A stretch of DNA of 32,178 bases from an uncultured virus (IMG/VR IMGVR_UViG_3300037961_002446) (Duplodnaviria > Heunggongvirae > Uroviricota > Caudoviricetes). The position numbers were made by a program, and so were the translations under genes. Of the stretch, positions 1 to 9,303 are shown piece by piece; positions within the stretch are counted from its first letter, which is position 1, and each line of letters starts with the position of its first letter. The stretch is from positions 62,001 to 94,178 of IMG/VR virus record IMGVR_UViG_3300037961_002446, one strand, 5' to 3'. The notes under the pieces are model-generated. The model worked only from the letters and a program-made list of their open reading frames with translations. It was not told the origin of the DNA and did no database searches.

Positions 1-1
1 G

Positions 2-808
2 TGTTAATGTTATCATATCCGCTAATGTGTTTAGATGAGGAGAAACAGGAGGATTAAATTTTTCAGCATTTGTTCTGTGGAAAAGTGGGCCTGTTTCACT
101 AACTCCTGCAATATCAACTGTTGCAGGTAGTCCTGAAACTCCTGTTCCTTCAATAAAGATTTTATTGTTATCTGCACTACCACCTACTGCATAGATACTA
201 GGAGTTCCACCACCAACTGCCGAAGCAGTAGCGTTTACATTTGTGCATTTTCCTAAGAAGTAATATAGCCATGCTCCATGATTAGCAACGATTCCTATAC
301 TACCTCCTGAAAAACTAGTAATTCCCTTATATTGGTAGGTCATGTTTCTTGTTCCGCCCAATGAAAGATTAACAGGCTTATTTTCTATTTCTGTTGTTGG
401 GAAACTAACTGTTTCAGTAATTCCTAGCCATTCATCAGCAAGTAGTCTTTTTACAGTTGTATCTGCTAAAGGAGCAGGAACAGGTGCGCCATATGATTTA
501 ATGACGAAGTAATCCCCTGAAATAGGGGCTACGGAAGGAGTAAAAGTAATGGCATTAGAAGTATTGCTTTGTATTCTATGGGTGCTTTGTTTTGCATTAT
601 TACCATTATATCTTTCAATTAAACAACCTGTGTATAGGTTATTTACTAAAAGAAAATTAGTAGTAAAGGCGGAATCTACATCAATAGAACTCAAACTAGT
701 TCCATCAAATGCTCCTCCTCCTGTTTGTGTTCCACCAACATAAATATCATTTTCTGGTATAAATGTTATACTTGTTCCGCTTCCTAAAAATATATCTGTA
801 TTTGCCAT
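2..808 (-). CDS. Putative major tail (tube) protein, runs off the window edge
   Basis: Not in the ORF track. Read manually from ATG at 808 (GGGGAG RBS upstream): MANTDIFLGSGTSITFIPEND...LLADEWLGITETVSFPTTEIENKPVNLSLGGTRNMTYQYKG...WLYYFLG. G/T/S-rich beta-type sequence located right after a tail-completion-like gene. Confidence 0.6.
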   Translation of the reverse strand, partial: MANTDIFLGSGTSITFIPENDIYVGGTQTGGGAFDGTSLSSIDVDSAFTTNFLLVNNLYTGCLIERYNGNNAKQSTHRIQSNTSNAITFTPSVAPISGDYFVIKSYGAPVPAPLADTTVKRLLADEWLGITETVSFPTTEIENKPVNLSLGGTRNMTYQYKGITSFSGGSIGIVANHGAWLYYFLGKCTNVNATASAVGGGTPSIYAVGGSADNNKIFIEGTGVSGLPATVDIAGVSETGPLFHRTNAEKFNPPVSPHLNTLADMITLT

Positions 809-836
809 ATTAATCTCCCCCTTCCTAACTTACTTA

Positions 837-1370
837 CTAGGGAATACTTACTGCGTGTCTTTTTGCTTCTAAATTTATTTTATATCCAAAGAGTCTTTTT
901 GCTCGGTCATTACTTTCATTTCTAGAACCTAAGAAGAATTGTGTAAATCTTGTTCCATCTGATGCAGTATAACCTCGCCTATTACTCTCAACCACTCTAG
1001 TTAGTATCAAGTATATAGCCCTTAGCCTGTCTTTGCCGTATGAAGCATCTAATCCTGAACGCTCATCATGAAGCACTCTAATATGAATAGTAAATGAATA
1101 AACCTCATTTTTAATATCGTAATGAATAGTCGGATAAGTTATATTCTGTGAATCCTCAAATATAACTATTGTAGCAGGTGAACGGCTTAAATCAACTCTA
1201 ACACCTTTATTAGCAGTAGTAGTTCTAATATCAATAATATCAGGAGTAATAGCGTGTGTAGCGTTTATCTTTCCTTCATTAACTAATTCTTGAGTCGCTT
1301 GACTCCAAGTTTTACCTAGAGAAGAATCCGTATTGGTCAGCATATCTATTACTAGGCTAACTTCGTCCAT
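837..1370 (-). CDS. Putative tail completion/terminator protein
   Basis: 177 aa. Alternating beta pattern (YSFTIHIRV, YKINLEA) and position between the head-tail adaptor and tail tube. Confidence 0.45.
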   Translation of the reverse strand: MDEVSLVIDMLTNTDSSLGKTWSQATQELVNEGKINATHAITPDIIDIRTTTANKGVRVDLSRSPATIVIFEDSQNITYPTIHYDIKNEVYSFTIHIRVLHDERSGLDASYGKDRLRAIYLILTRVVESNRRGYTASDGTRFTQFFLGSRNESNDRAKRLFGYKINLEAKRHAVSIP

Positions 1371-1546
1371 TTTACAATGCCCTCCAATACCTTATCTTCA
1401 ATATATTTCTCTACTGCTTCTTGTATAAATTTAGCCTGTTCTTCTTCGCTAAACGAAATATCTATTCCTAGATTTTCAGATAATTGTTTCATAGCCAAGT
1501 TTCTTTCTTCTTGGATTCTGATTATTTCTTCAATCGCTTCAATCAT
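1352..1546 (-). CDS. Hypothetical small acidic helical protein
   Basis: 64 aa ORF, co-oriented and tightly packed with its neighbours. Confidence 0.55.
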   Translation of the reverse strand: MIEAIEEIIRIQEERNLAMKQLSENLGIDISFSEEEQAKFIQEAVEKYIEDKVLEGIVKWTKLA

Positions 1547-1555
1547 GACAATGCC

Positions 1556-2869
1556 TCAGATAAGATAAACAATATCGCTCTTTCCTTTTAGAATATCCAT
1601 TCCCTCTTTACGAAGAATATCATATTTTTCTTTGGTAGATATATTTCCGCCTGTTTCTGTAATGAGAACGCTTTGGTCGTCATGTCTTAGAATTTCAGCA
1701 CACACTAACTTAGTTGTGGCCTCATGTATAGCAGAAGGAACTCTTGAAGAACCTGCTAAGAAAGAAACGATAACCGAGTTATTGGTATGATATGGGTATT
1801 CTTGAAGGAAAAAGATTCTACCTTCTTCTCCAAGTAGCCAATAATCATTAAGCCTTCCATGTGTTTCTTTGTCAGTAAATGGAGTGACTTGACACGCACC
1901 ATTAATTCCTGATGAAGAAGTAAATGTTAGAGTATTAGTTCCTGCTGATGCAGTTGCGCTTAACTCAATAGTAGTGGAGTTGGTTATAGAAGAAATAGTT
2001 GTTCCTGCTGATATACCTGTTCCTGAAACTTCCATACCAACAGATAATTTAGAAGAATCTACTACAGTTAATGTGGTAGTATCGTTTGCGGTGCAAGACT
2101 GTTTAGTAGATACTTTGATAACACAATCAGTTCCATCATCTCCTGATAGTAGAGAAGAAATGAATATTGTAGTTCCATCTTGTGTATCTTTTTGAGCAAA
2201 AAAGAAATCCGAAACAGATAATGTGGTTGCTTGGCCATTAGAATCTACTCCAAGTAGGGCTTTTGCGTCAGTAGCGTTAGTAAATTGTGAGGTTTTTGGG
2301 TATTCTTCATTCACTAATGCAGTAATTTCATCGTTGGTAGTCTTAATGCCAAAGGTATTACAAAACTCATCGTTGCCGATATTGGAAATATCATTTTCAC
2401 TATTCATGGTAAAAGAAATTGAACTATTCGGCAACTCCAAAGTAATAGAATGTAAGTCCCTATAATTATCTAGAAGTTTTATTTTTGCTTGAGCCGAAGC
2501 AATCTCAATATAATTACTCCCATTCCAAACTTGTAGAGAAACAACTTTTCTAACTTTCATCTTAGTTAATTGAACAAATCCTACATATCCCCCATAAAGA
2601 ACAAAGCCCGGTGCATTTCTGTATTCAAAACTATGAATCTCTTGTTTTGTTAGAATAGGCCTGTAGGAACGCTTTGCTTTATCGTCTACAATTCCCTCTA
2701 CTCTCTTGATAATATTACCCACTTGAGCAAGAGTAGGATATGTAGAAACAGAAAACTGTGGAATCTGTAGCATATTAGCGACTTCTGTAGCATTAGTGTA
2801 AAATCCTCTACCTTCTGAGTAGTTAGGATTTATTTCTGTATAGTCGCTTGGTGATGCAGTAATTCCCAA
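1556..2869 (-). CDS. Putative head-tail adaptor/neck protein with inserted beta-rich domain
   Basis: N-terminal YTNATEVANML and C-terminal VPSAIHEATTKLV resemble gp6/gp15-like adaptor ends. Central T/S/G-rich segment LSVGMEVSGTGISAGTTISSIT. AGTGA RBS. Confidence 0.5.
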   Translation of the reverse strand: MGITASPSDYTEINPNYSEGRGFYTNATEVANMLQIPQFSVSTYPTLAQVGNIIKRVEGIVDDKAKRSYRPILTKQEIHSFEYRNAPGFVLYGGYVGFVQLTKMKVRKVVSLQVWNGSNYIEIASAQAKIKLLDNYRDLHSITLELPNSSISFTMNSENDISNIGNDEFCNTFGIKTTNDEITALVNEEYPKTSQFTNATDAKALLGVDSNGQATTLSVSDFFFAQKDTQDGTTIFISSLLSGDDGTDCVIKVSTKQSCTANDTTTLTVVDSSKLSVGMEVSGTGISAGTTISSITNSTTIELSATASAGTNTLTFTSSSGINGACQVTPFTDKETHGRLNDYWLLGEEGRIFFLQEYPYHTNNSVIVSFLAGSSRVPSAIHEATTKLVCAEILRHDDQSVLITETGGNISTKEKYDILRKEGMDILKGKSDIVYLI

Positions 2870-2873
2870 TTAA

Positions 2874-4535
2874 TCACTCTCCTACAGAAACTCCTTGTCT
2901 AGTTAGTTTTCTTACTCTAACCTTGAATCTATCAATGTGGGTCTTGATAGGATTATTCATTCCTGTAGAGCCACCGCCTCTATTATATGGGCTGAAATCA
3001 AAATAACCATGCCCTGTGACAAAGTATTCACATTGTAATTTAGCCTGTCCTAGACTGTCGTTCATGAAAGCCAAAGGTAATGCTTCTGCTACATCTACAA
3101 AGTCTTCAAAGTCTTCGGGCTTTCGTATAGATACAAGGTCTAAACCTGAATCTGTTTCTCTAACTTCTTTGACTTTGTATTCTTTATTCTTATCAAGTTC
3201 TTCTGCTTCGGCTCTTGTTAGAGGCCTATATTCGCCCTTTTCTTTATCAAATACTTCAAAGAATAAATCAGGTCTATCTACTGCTTCACGCATAGGAATC
3301 TTCTCACCGTCTATTTCTGTAAACTGTGGATTACCTTCATCGTCTGTGATAATCTTTCCTTCTTTCTTAGAATCTCTTAGTGCTTTATCGGCCTTTTTCC
3401 AATAGTTGAAGAATTTGCCCTTAGAACGAGTTGTTGTTTTTACATTACATTCCACTACTACTGTCTTTACAGTTTCTAAGTCATTCATTATTTCTTCAAC
3501 AGGCTTAAACAACTTGTCTTTATTTGACTCAACCCACTTTTCTAGTAGTTGTTCAAACTGAGCAGTAGCGTTAAATGTTCCCAAATTAGACTTACCTTCT
3601 CCGTAAATACCGAAGGAAACTATGTCATATTCTTTACCGTCATAAGAAAACTTCTTGTTAGTTTTTCTTTTATCAGCCTTTACTCCTGCTATCATGGCTG
3701 CTACTGCTGCTAATTCTTCTCCTTCAAACAAATTAGTAATGCTTGTAGGATTATCTCCCTCTCTAACCATTATACTATCAAAGGCTTTCTTTTGATATTC
3801 TTCTAATCCCTTTATCTGTATAGGGAAATCAAAGAGTTTTCTCATGACTTTTGCTTTAGAATGTCCTTTAGTAATATATCTAGCAGACCTAACTCCTTTC
3901 TCTTTAATGTATTTTGATTTTTCATCGGCTATTTTTTCAGCAGATTCAGGAGGGATTTCAATAACGGCATTATGTTCTACATCTTTATTATTGCTTGAAC
4001 TGTAAGAATAGTTCCCGCTAGGCATTTGGTCTTTTTCAGACCAAGATTCTCTAAATACAAATTCTCCCTCAAGACCAATATCTTTGAATTTCTTTAAGAA
4101 AGGAAATGGAGGAATCTTATCTAAATCTCTACCAAATCTCATAAAAGAAAAACCAACAATATCATTGGTAATTTGACTGTCTTTGGCTAATTGTGCTAGA
4201 GTAATTTTCATTAATTCCTCTTTGCTCTTTTGTTTTGCTTTACCGCTAGGGTCTTTTTCTAGAAGCCTATTGAATCCTTCTCCTTCTTGTAGAAAATTAT
4301 ACGCATTACCTGACATTACTTCATCAAACATAGCATCTATATGTTGCATAAGCAAATCTTCTTGGTCTTTTCTTCTAGCAGACCTTTTTGCTATTCTTAG
4401 ATTTGTTAGGAATCTTTCGTTTGATTTTGTTCCTTGAGCAGGAATTAGATATTGTTCTAATTGTTGCTTAAGTTCTTCTTTATCCGCAGGTAAAGATTTA
4501 GGGATTGTTCCCCATTCAAACGATATGTCCTCCAA
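2874..4535 (-). CDS. Hypothetical K/E-rich protein
   Basis: 553 aa, TTG start with GGTGAG RBS at 4541-4546. N-terminus FEWGTIPKS is a weak match to the WxxIxK motif. Confidence 0.75.
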   Translation of the reverse strand: MEDISFEWGTIPKSLPADKEELKQQLEQYLIPAQGTKSNERFLTNLRIAKRSARRKDQEDLLMQHIDAMFDEVMSGNAYNFLQEGEGFNRLLEKDPSGKAKQKSKEELMKITLAQLAKDSQITNDIVGFSFMRFGRDLDKIPPFPFLKKFKDIGLEGEFVFRESWSEKDQMPSGNYSYSSSNNKDVEHNAVIEIPPESAEKIADEKSKYIKEKGVRSARYITKGHSKAKVMRKLFDFPIQIKGLEEYQKKAFDSIMVREGDNPTSITNLFEGEELAAVAAMIAGVKADKRKTNKKFSYDGKEYDIVSFGIYGEGKSNLGTFNATAQFEQLLEKWVESNKDKLFKPVEEIMNDLETVKTVVVECNVKTTTRSKGKFFNYWKKADKALRDSKKEGKIITDDEGNPQFTEIDGEKIPMREAVDRPDLFFEVFDKEKGEYRPLTRAEAEELDKNKEYKVKEVRETDSGLDLVSIRKPEDFEDFVDVAEALPLAFMNDSLGQAKLQCEYFVTGHGYFDFSPYNRGGGSTGMNNPIKTHIDRFKVRVRKLTRQGVSVGE

Positions 4536-4547
4536 AACTACTCACCT

Positions 4548-5195
4548 TCACATTAGCCATTTAGCCCAAGCCGCACCTTTCTGTATGGCACTACCTAAAC
4601 CTAATCCGCTTTGTGGAGGTTCGTAAGACATTTGGCCTTGAGCATCTATCCAATATGGACGACCATAACCATCTGTTCCACTAGGAGGAATAGGATAACC
4701 ACTACCATTATTCATAGCACCCTGCATTTGATTGTATTGTTGCATATTACCTGTTAGTCCTGCAATTGCCGCACCTGCGGTTGGTTGAGCCATTCCGCCA
4801 CTAAATCCTTGAGATTCTAGATATTGTTGTTTAGCCATCTTTCTTTGCATTACTACTTCTGTATTGATAGCCGCACCTAGAATCTTTTGAATATCTAAAT
4901 CAATATTTTCTTGAGTAATTCTCTCAAATTCTCTCATAGCATCAGCATTAATTGAGATAGTATTTCCTGATTGAGTAAATTGTAGTTTACCTAGCATCTG
5001 TGAAACTACTCTTTCAATAACATCTTCCATGAGTTTTTCTAGAGCATTAAGGAACATTTCACCATGATATTGGAAGAATTCTTCTACATGGTTTTCCTGT
5101 AAAGACAATAGATTATTCATTGATTTGAATTGTTGGTCGCCTTGTGCTTGAACTGCGCCCAAAACTGTTCCATTACTTGTTCCTAATAGTCCCAT
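4548..5195 (-). CDS. Hypothetical protein: helical core, Q/G/P/Y-rich tail and C-terminal amphipathic helix
   Basis: 215 aa, GGAGGAG RBS, ends LGSAIQKGAAWAKWLM. Confidence 0.75.
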   Translation of the reverse strand: MGLLGTSNGTVLGAVQAQGDQQFKSMNNLLSLQENHVEEFFQYHGEMFLNALEKLMEDVIERVVSQMLGKLQFTQSGNTISINADAMREFERITQENIDLDIQKILGAAINTEVVMQRKMAKQQYLESQGFSGGMAQPTAGAAIAGLTGNMQQYNQMQGAMNNGSGYPIPPSGTDGYGRPYWIDAQGQMSYEPPQSGLGLGSAIQKGAAWAKWLM

Positions 5196-5197
5196 AT

Positions 5198-5887
5198 TTA
5201 CTCCTCCACTTCTTCTTCTTTAGTTTCTTTTACCTTTTTGTTATCGGTATTTTGAGGTTTTACGCCTTGATTAATCATAAGAAAATTTAGTCTATCTGTT
5301 AATATATTAATCTCCCCAACAATTTCTATTGCTTCGTTAGTGGCTGACCTATTATCTCCTAATGTGGGTGGCTTAATAAAATAACCTGCCGCAGTTAGAG
5401 ATATAATATCTTCTTTGCTTAAATTCTTAATTGGGCCACTTTTCAATATCTTAGGTGTTTTAGGAATAAATCGCTTAAACTCTAATCCATGTTTATCTGC
5501 TAGTATCTGTTGTTGTAGCATTTCTAGTTGCATAAAATGAGCAGCGTGTTTAGGGCAGTATGTTCCCATTAAAGGTCTACCTTTTACTACTCCATCTAAA
5601 GGAATAGGTGGCCTCATGTAATCTCCTTGTTCCCATACATGATGCATTCCGCAAACTACGCATCTATCTTTTAGATTGAATTTCTTTCCATACTTAATGA
5701 AAAGCAACTTCTTAGGTTCTGCTTTCAAAACTCTAATCAATTCTTTCTGTTGCTTCTTAGGCTTGATAGCCATAAACTTGTATTCCTGAACTATACCACT
5801 TGCTCTAGCCATTTGTAATGGTGTCATTCCATAAGCAAGAGCAGGGTTAGGTGTGCTTTGTCCTATAATATTCGGTTGCTGATACAT
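5198..5887 (-). CDS. Hypothetical Zn-finger protein
   Basis: 229 aa with CVVC...CPKH putative zinc ligands, Q/P-rich N-terminus and helical C-terminus. Confidence 0.7.
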   Translation of the reverse strand: MYQQPNIIGQSTPNPALAYGMTPLQMARASGIVQEYKFMAIKPKKQQKELIRVLKAEPKKLLFIKYGKKFNLKDRCVVCGMHHVWEQGDYMRPPIPLDGVVKGRPLMGTYCPKHAAHFMQLEMLQQQILADKHGLEFKRFIPKTPKILKSGPIKNLSKEDIISLTAAGYFIKPPTLGDNRSATNEAIEIVGEINILTDRLNFLMINQGVKPQNTDNKKVKETKEEEVEE

Positions 5888-5897
5888 CTTTCATTCC

Positions 5898-6566
5898 TCA
5901 ATAATCTTTTATCATCGTCATTACGCCTCTATATACCATTTCGGGGTCTGATTTCGCTGATACTATATACTTGAAACATGGTATTCCTTTGTCGTTTAAT
6001 TGTCGCATTCCGTATGTAAAAGGTGCAAAAATCTTATGCTTCTCTATTGATTCTCCTTCTTCTAATGGATATTTTTCTCCCCATATGTCAAATTTGTTAG
6101 CCCATATTCCTACTGCCATTGGATAATCCGCTTCTTTTTTTCTTCTACCTGTTGGCCAATTATTTGCACATATTGTATCTACTAAAAATTTCCACGCTAC
6201 TTGATGGTCTAGATTTGCTTCATTATCTAAATGTCTATGGTCTATCATAAAAATAACATATTTGACTTTACGCCCTTGCATATCTTTTACCCATTCTTTC
6301 CAATAAACTGCTTCTCCTCCAATATCAGCACTCTTAATCGTATGGGAGTCGCCATCTATTTTAACATTTTTTCTTGAAGCCCTGTGTAATCCTACCGTTC
6401 TTTCTTGAATAGTAGGAACTTCTCCTCTTGTTCTTAATTGATGACTTAATGTTGTTTTACCAACCATTGTTGCACCATAGACTCCAAAATTAATAGCATG
6501 AACTTTCTTCCAAAAACCAATTATTGCTTCACCGACTAATATAGCAAAGCCTGTCATTAAGGACAA
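5898..6566 (-). CDS. Small Ras-superfamily GTPase, Arf/Sar-like
   Basis: All G motifs present: G1 GATMVGKTT, G2 RTVG, G3 DIGGE, G4 NKFD, G5 SAK, plus Arf-like VIFMID. Hydrophobic/amphipathic N-terminal helix. TTG start at 6566 or ATG at 6557. Confidence 0.88.
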   Translation of the reverse strand: MSLMTGFAILVGEAIIGFWKKVHAINFGVYGATMVGKTTLSHQLRTRGEVPTIQERTVGLHRASRKNVKIDGDSHTIKSADIGGEAVYWKEWVKDMQGRKVKYVIFMIDHRHLDNEANLDHQVAWKFLVDTICANNWPTGRRKKEADYPMAVGIWANKFDIWGEKYPLEEGESIEKHKIFAPFTYGMRQLNDKGIPCFKYIVSAKSDPEMVYRGVMTMIKDY

Positions 6567-6567
6567 T

Positions 6568-6786
6568 TCAATGCCCCCATAACCCCTTTACTGCGTCAAT
6601 AATCCAACCCATTATGTTAATGTCAAAGACTCCCATAATGTTTCCAATTAGAAACATAGCAAGTGTAGAGAATCCTCCCCAAAACCACGCTCTCATTTTC
6701 AAAAAGAAAATATCAGCAGAATGCGCTCTAGATTGATTATATGCATAATCAGAATCAGAAAACCCTAGTAGGTCGCTAACCACCAC
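6568..6786 (-). CDS. Small membrane protein
   Basis: 72 aa. Hydrophobic stretch AWFWGGFSTLAMFLIGNIMGVF followed by amphipathic IMGWIIDAVKGLW. Confidence 0.7.
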   Translation of the reverse strand: MVVSDLLGFSDSDYAYNQSRAHSADIFFLKMRAWFWGGFSTLAMFLIGNIMGVFDINIMGWIIDAVKGLWGH

Positions 6787-6798
6787 TTAACCAACCCC

Positions 6799-7182
6799 TT
6801 ACTGTAGGGCGGCTAAAAACTCATTACCAACGGTATTTTCATCTTCTTGCGTTGGTGGTGCGTAAAAACTAGTATTGTATTGTCTAGCACTTTCACGCAT
6901 CTTTTGGCGTTGTTGTTCATCTCTAGCCTTTCTTTCCCAAAATGCCGCTATCTTTCTATCAAGTAGCCACATTTCTATCTTATCGTTGAGTGCTAAATCA
7001 AACAATGCCTTCATAACCATAATTGCACCAATCGTTCCTAAACCAAATAGGAATGAATGCGCCATTGGGCCATAAGGGAATCCTGTTCCGAATTGAGCAT
7101 AAGCAAATACATTTGCTCCGCTTAATGCTCCTACGAACAATATAGTCATAACTAGTCTAGTATCTTGGCTTAAGACGGCCAT
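6799..7182 (-). CDS. Membrane protein with two TM helices and a cytoplasmic coiled coil
   Basis: Likely start MAVLSQD at 7182 (GAGGT RBS; ORF track starts at 7206). TMs LVMTILFVGALSGANVFAYA and FLFGLGTIGAIMVMKALF, then a charged helix. Confidence 0.75.
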   Translation of the reverse strand: MAVLSQDTRLVMTILFVGALSGANVFAYAQFGTGFPYGPMAHSFLFGLGTIGAIMVMKALFDLALNDKIEMWLLDRKIAAFWERKARDEQQRQKMRESARQYNTSFYAPPTQEDENTVGNEFLAALQ

Positions 7183-7192
7183 ATTAAAAACC

Positions 7193-7474
7193 TCAAATAT
7201 ATTCAACGGTAATGTCTAGGTCAGCAGGAACAACTGCTGTAAGTCCTAATTTACATAGGACTCCATGCATATCAAATTCCATACTACTATTAGCGGGAAC
7301 TGTTAGTCTAGCAACTATTTTTCCTGATGCCGAAGTATTATCATAAATAGAAGCCGTTATTGCCGCATTGGTATCATTTGCCCCGTGAACAGAAATTAGT
7401 TTTATCTGTCCTGAAACAACTACCTCAGTTGCGCCTGTTATTAGACCACTACTTCTACAACCAACCATAGACAT
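7193..7474 (-). CDS. Small beta-rich virion protein (possible capsid decoration)
   Basis: 93 aa, rich in small and beta-branched residues, two genes downstream of the MCP, GGAGG RBS. Confidence 0.45.
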   Translation of the reverse strand: MSMVGCRSSGLITGATEVVVSGQIKLISVHGANDTNAAITASIYDNTSASGKIVARLTVPANSSMEFDMHGVLCKLGLTAVVPADLDITVEYI

Positions 7475-7514
7475 TCCTCCGTCAAACCTTCAAACCTGCA
7501 ACTACTTCTTAACC

Positions 7515-7862
7515 TTATTCCTCTTTTTGAGGGGTTTTAGGTTCAGACTTAGTTGTTTTTGGTTTTGCGGCCTTTGGTTTTGGCTTTGCCTTTTTCTTAG
7601 CAGGAAGCAACAATGCCTCTAATTCAGCGTGTGTGGAAATATCCTTACCCGTTGTTTTAGTGGCTAACTGTAGTTGATTAGGTGTTAATGCGTTTAATGC
7701 TTCTCTATCTGATTCCTCAAATGTAAACATTACATCAACACTATTCAATCTAGGTAAAGCCCATTGAACAGAAACCCTTTGGGAACGATTTTTTGTAATC
7801 CTTCCCGCAGGAGTTTCCGTATATTCAATGGTTGCGCTTTCTGCTACAATCACAGAAACCAT
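7515..7862 (-). CDS. Hypothetical protein with K/P/A-rich basic tail
   Basis: 115 aa directly after the MCP, ends PAKKKAKPKPKAAKPKTTK... Confidence 0.7.
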   Translation of the reverse strand: MVSVIVAESATIEYTETPAGRITKNRSQRVSVQWALPRLNSVDVMFTFEESDREALNALTPNQLQLATKTTGKDISTHAELEALLLPAKKKAKPKPKAAKPKTTKSEPKTPQKEE

Positions 7863-7871
7863 TTGAAAGCC

Positions 7872-9293
7872 TCACTTTAGGTTAGTAATCTTACCTTGAC
7901 CCTTGAAGTAAGAACAACCAACTTCCGCAATTGTTCTGTAAAGAGCCTTGTTTCCTAGAGTGCCGACACCGAATGGGTTTCCGTTGCTAATACCATCTTC
8001 AAAGTATTGAGTTGGTTTCATAACAGATAGCCACAAATGGTCTGTATCAAGGAATAGCATATCACTTAGTTTAGTGGCAGTTCCTTGTCCTGTTTGGCTC
8101 ATAGCCGATACAGGAATCAAAGGAATGTCGTAGTAAGTTGAAACTCTAAATCCGACTTCTTGACCTTTTGTTCCTCTAACACCATTAACGGTAGGGACAA
8201 TTTCCTTTCTATCCATGAATCTCTCTTGAGCCTGTAGTAGGTCAGCGAGTGCTTGAATAGTATCATATCCTGTTAGAATAACCTTTGGTGAACCACCAGA
8301 TTCACGGAGTAGTCTTAGCATTTTGTTAATCTTTGCTAGAGTTAAATCCGCTTGGCTTCCGGCAGTATAATCTGCTCCAAAGTCTACTTGAGAATCTAGA
8401 TAACCTGTGGTTGCTCCTCTTTCCTTACCGTAAAGAGTTTTCATAGTATCTCCTACTGCGTCATCAACTGTTTGACCCGCAGTTCCACCTGTATACAGTT
8501 CATCAGTAGCCATAGCAGTTATTTCAGCATTTGAAGAAACAACCTTCAATAGAGAAGTATATCCTCTATCTAGATTTGCTAGAGATGTGCTTCCACCATC
8601 AACACCAATATAAAATTCTAAAGGCATAACTAGCATCTTGTTCTGAACTTCTGCATGGTGCTTACCCATATCTTCACGCATTTGCGCTCTAATATCGCCA
8701 ATTCCATCATCAATTGCCGCCATTTCCATAGCCAATTCGCTGAAATCAAATTGATGTGCAATAATTTTTGGGCTTGTAAATAGTGTGTCATATTCAGGTG
8801 CAAGAGAAACTAGACCATCAGCAACAGTATCAAGTTTAGCGTTTTCAGGAACACCACCAATACCATCTGCTCTAGGAGTTGTTCCTCCAATTTGACCTGC
8901 TCCTGTTCCTGCCGCTAAAGCAACACCATCACCGTCTGTATTGTCAGCATTTCCTGAAACTGCTAGGAAATTACCGCTTCCACCTGTAGGGCGAGAAGTC
9001 ATAATTCTCCAACCGCTAGAAGTATATGGCCTCTTTGAAATAATTGAAAGAGCATTACACTCTCTATTTAGCATAGACCAAACTTTTTGGCCGTAAATCT
9101 TGTTGTAAAGAGCATTTACATTTGCGGCAGTAGTGCCTGTTCCCAAATCTGCTCCTGCTGATTGACCTGCATGACCCGCATGAAGTCCTGCAATTGCGCC
9201 ATTAGACTTCAACAATTGATTGTTAAAACCTGTTGCACCTGTCAATCCGTAAGTTCTTGCTTCTAAATCTGCTATTGTGTTTACATAACTCAT
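7872..9293 (-). CDS. Major capsid protein (HK97 fold, halovirus/magrovirus type)
   Basis: 473 aa directly downstream of the prohead protease. Motifs YGQKVWSMLN..NALSIISKRPY..SGWR, PKIIAHQFDFSE and terminal FKGQGKITNLK. GGTGA RBS. Confidence 0.88.
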   Translation of the reverse strand: MSYVNTIADLEARTYGLTGATGFNNQLLKSNGAIAGLHAGHAGQSAGADLGTGTTAANVNALYNKIYGQKVWSMLNRECNALSIISKRPYTSSGWRIMTSRPTGGSGNFLAVSGNADNTDGDGVALAAGTGAGQIGGTTPRADGIGGVPENAKLDTVADGLVSLAPEYDTLFTSPKIIAHQFDFSELAMEMAAIDDGIGDIRAQMREDMGKHHAEVQNKMLVMPLEFYIGVDGGSTSLANLDRGYTSLLKVVSSNAEITAMATDELYTGGTAGQTVDDAVGDTMKTLYGKERGATTGYLDSQVDFGADYTAGSQADLTLAKINKMLRLLRESGGSPKVILTGYDTIQALADLLQAQERFMDRKEIVPTVNGVRGTKGQEVGFRVSTYYDIPLIPVSAMSQTGQGTATKLSDMLFLDTDHLWLSVMKPTQYFEDGISNGNPFGVGTLGNKALYRTIAEVGCSYFKGQGKITNLK

Positions 9294-9303
9294 AATATCA
9301 CCT

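Noticed and set aside
5181..5195. MGLLG N-terminus resembling an Arf-type myristoylation signal
   Set aside because: It is on the neighbouring protein, not the GTPase, and archaeal hosts are not known to have N-myristoyltransferase.
7475..7514. Short direct repeat (tcaaacct twice) and TTAAG in an intergenic gap as a promoter/operator
   Set aside because: Too short and only a weak TATA match; cannot be distinguished from chance.
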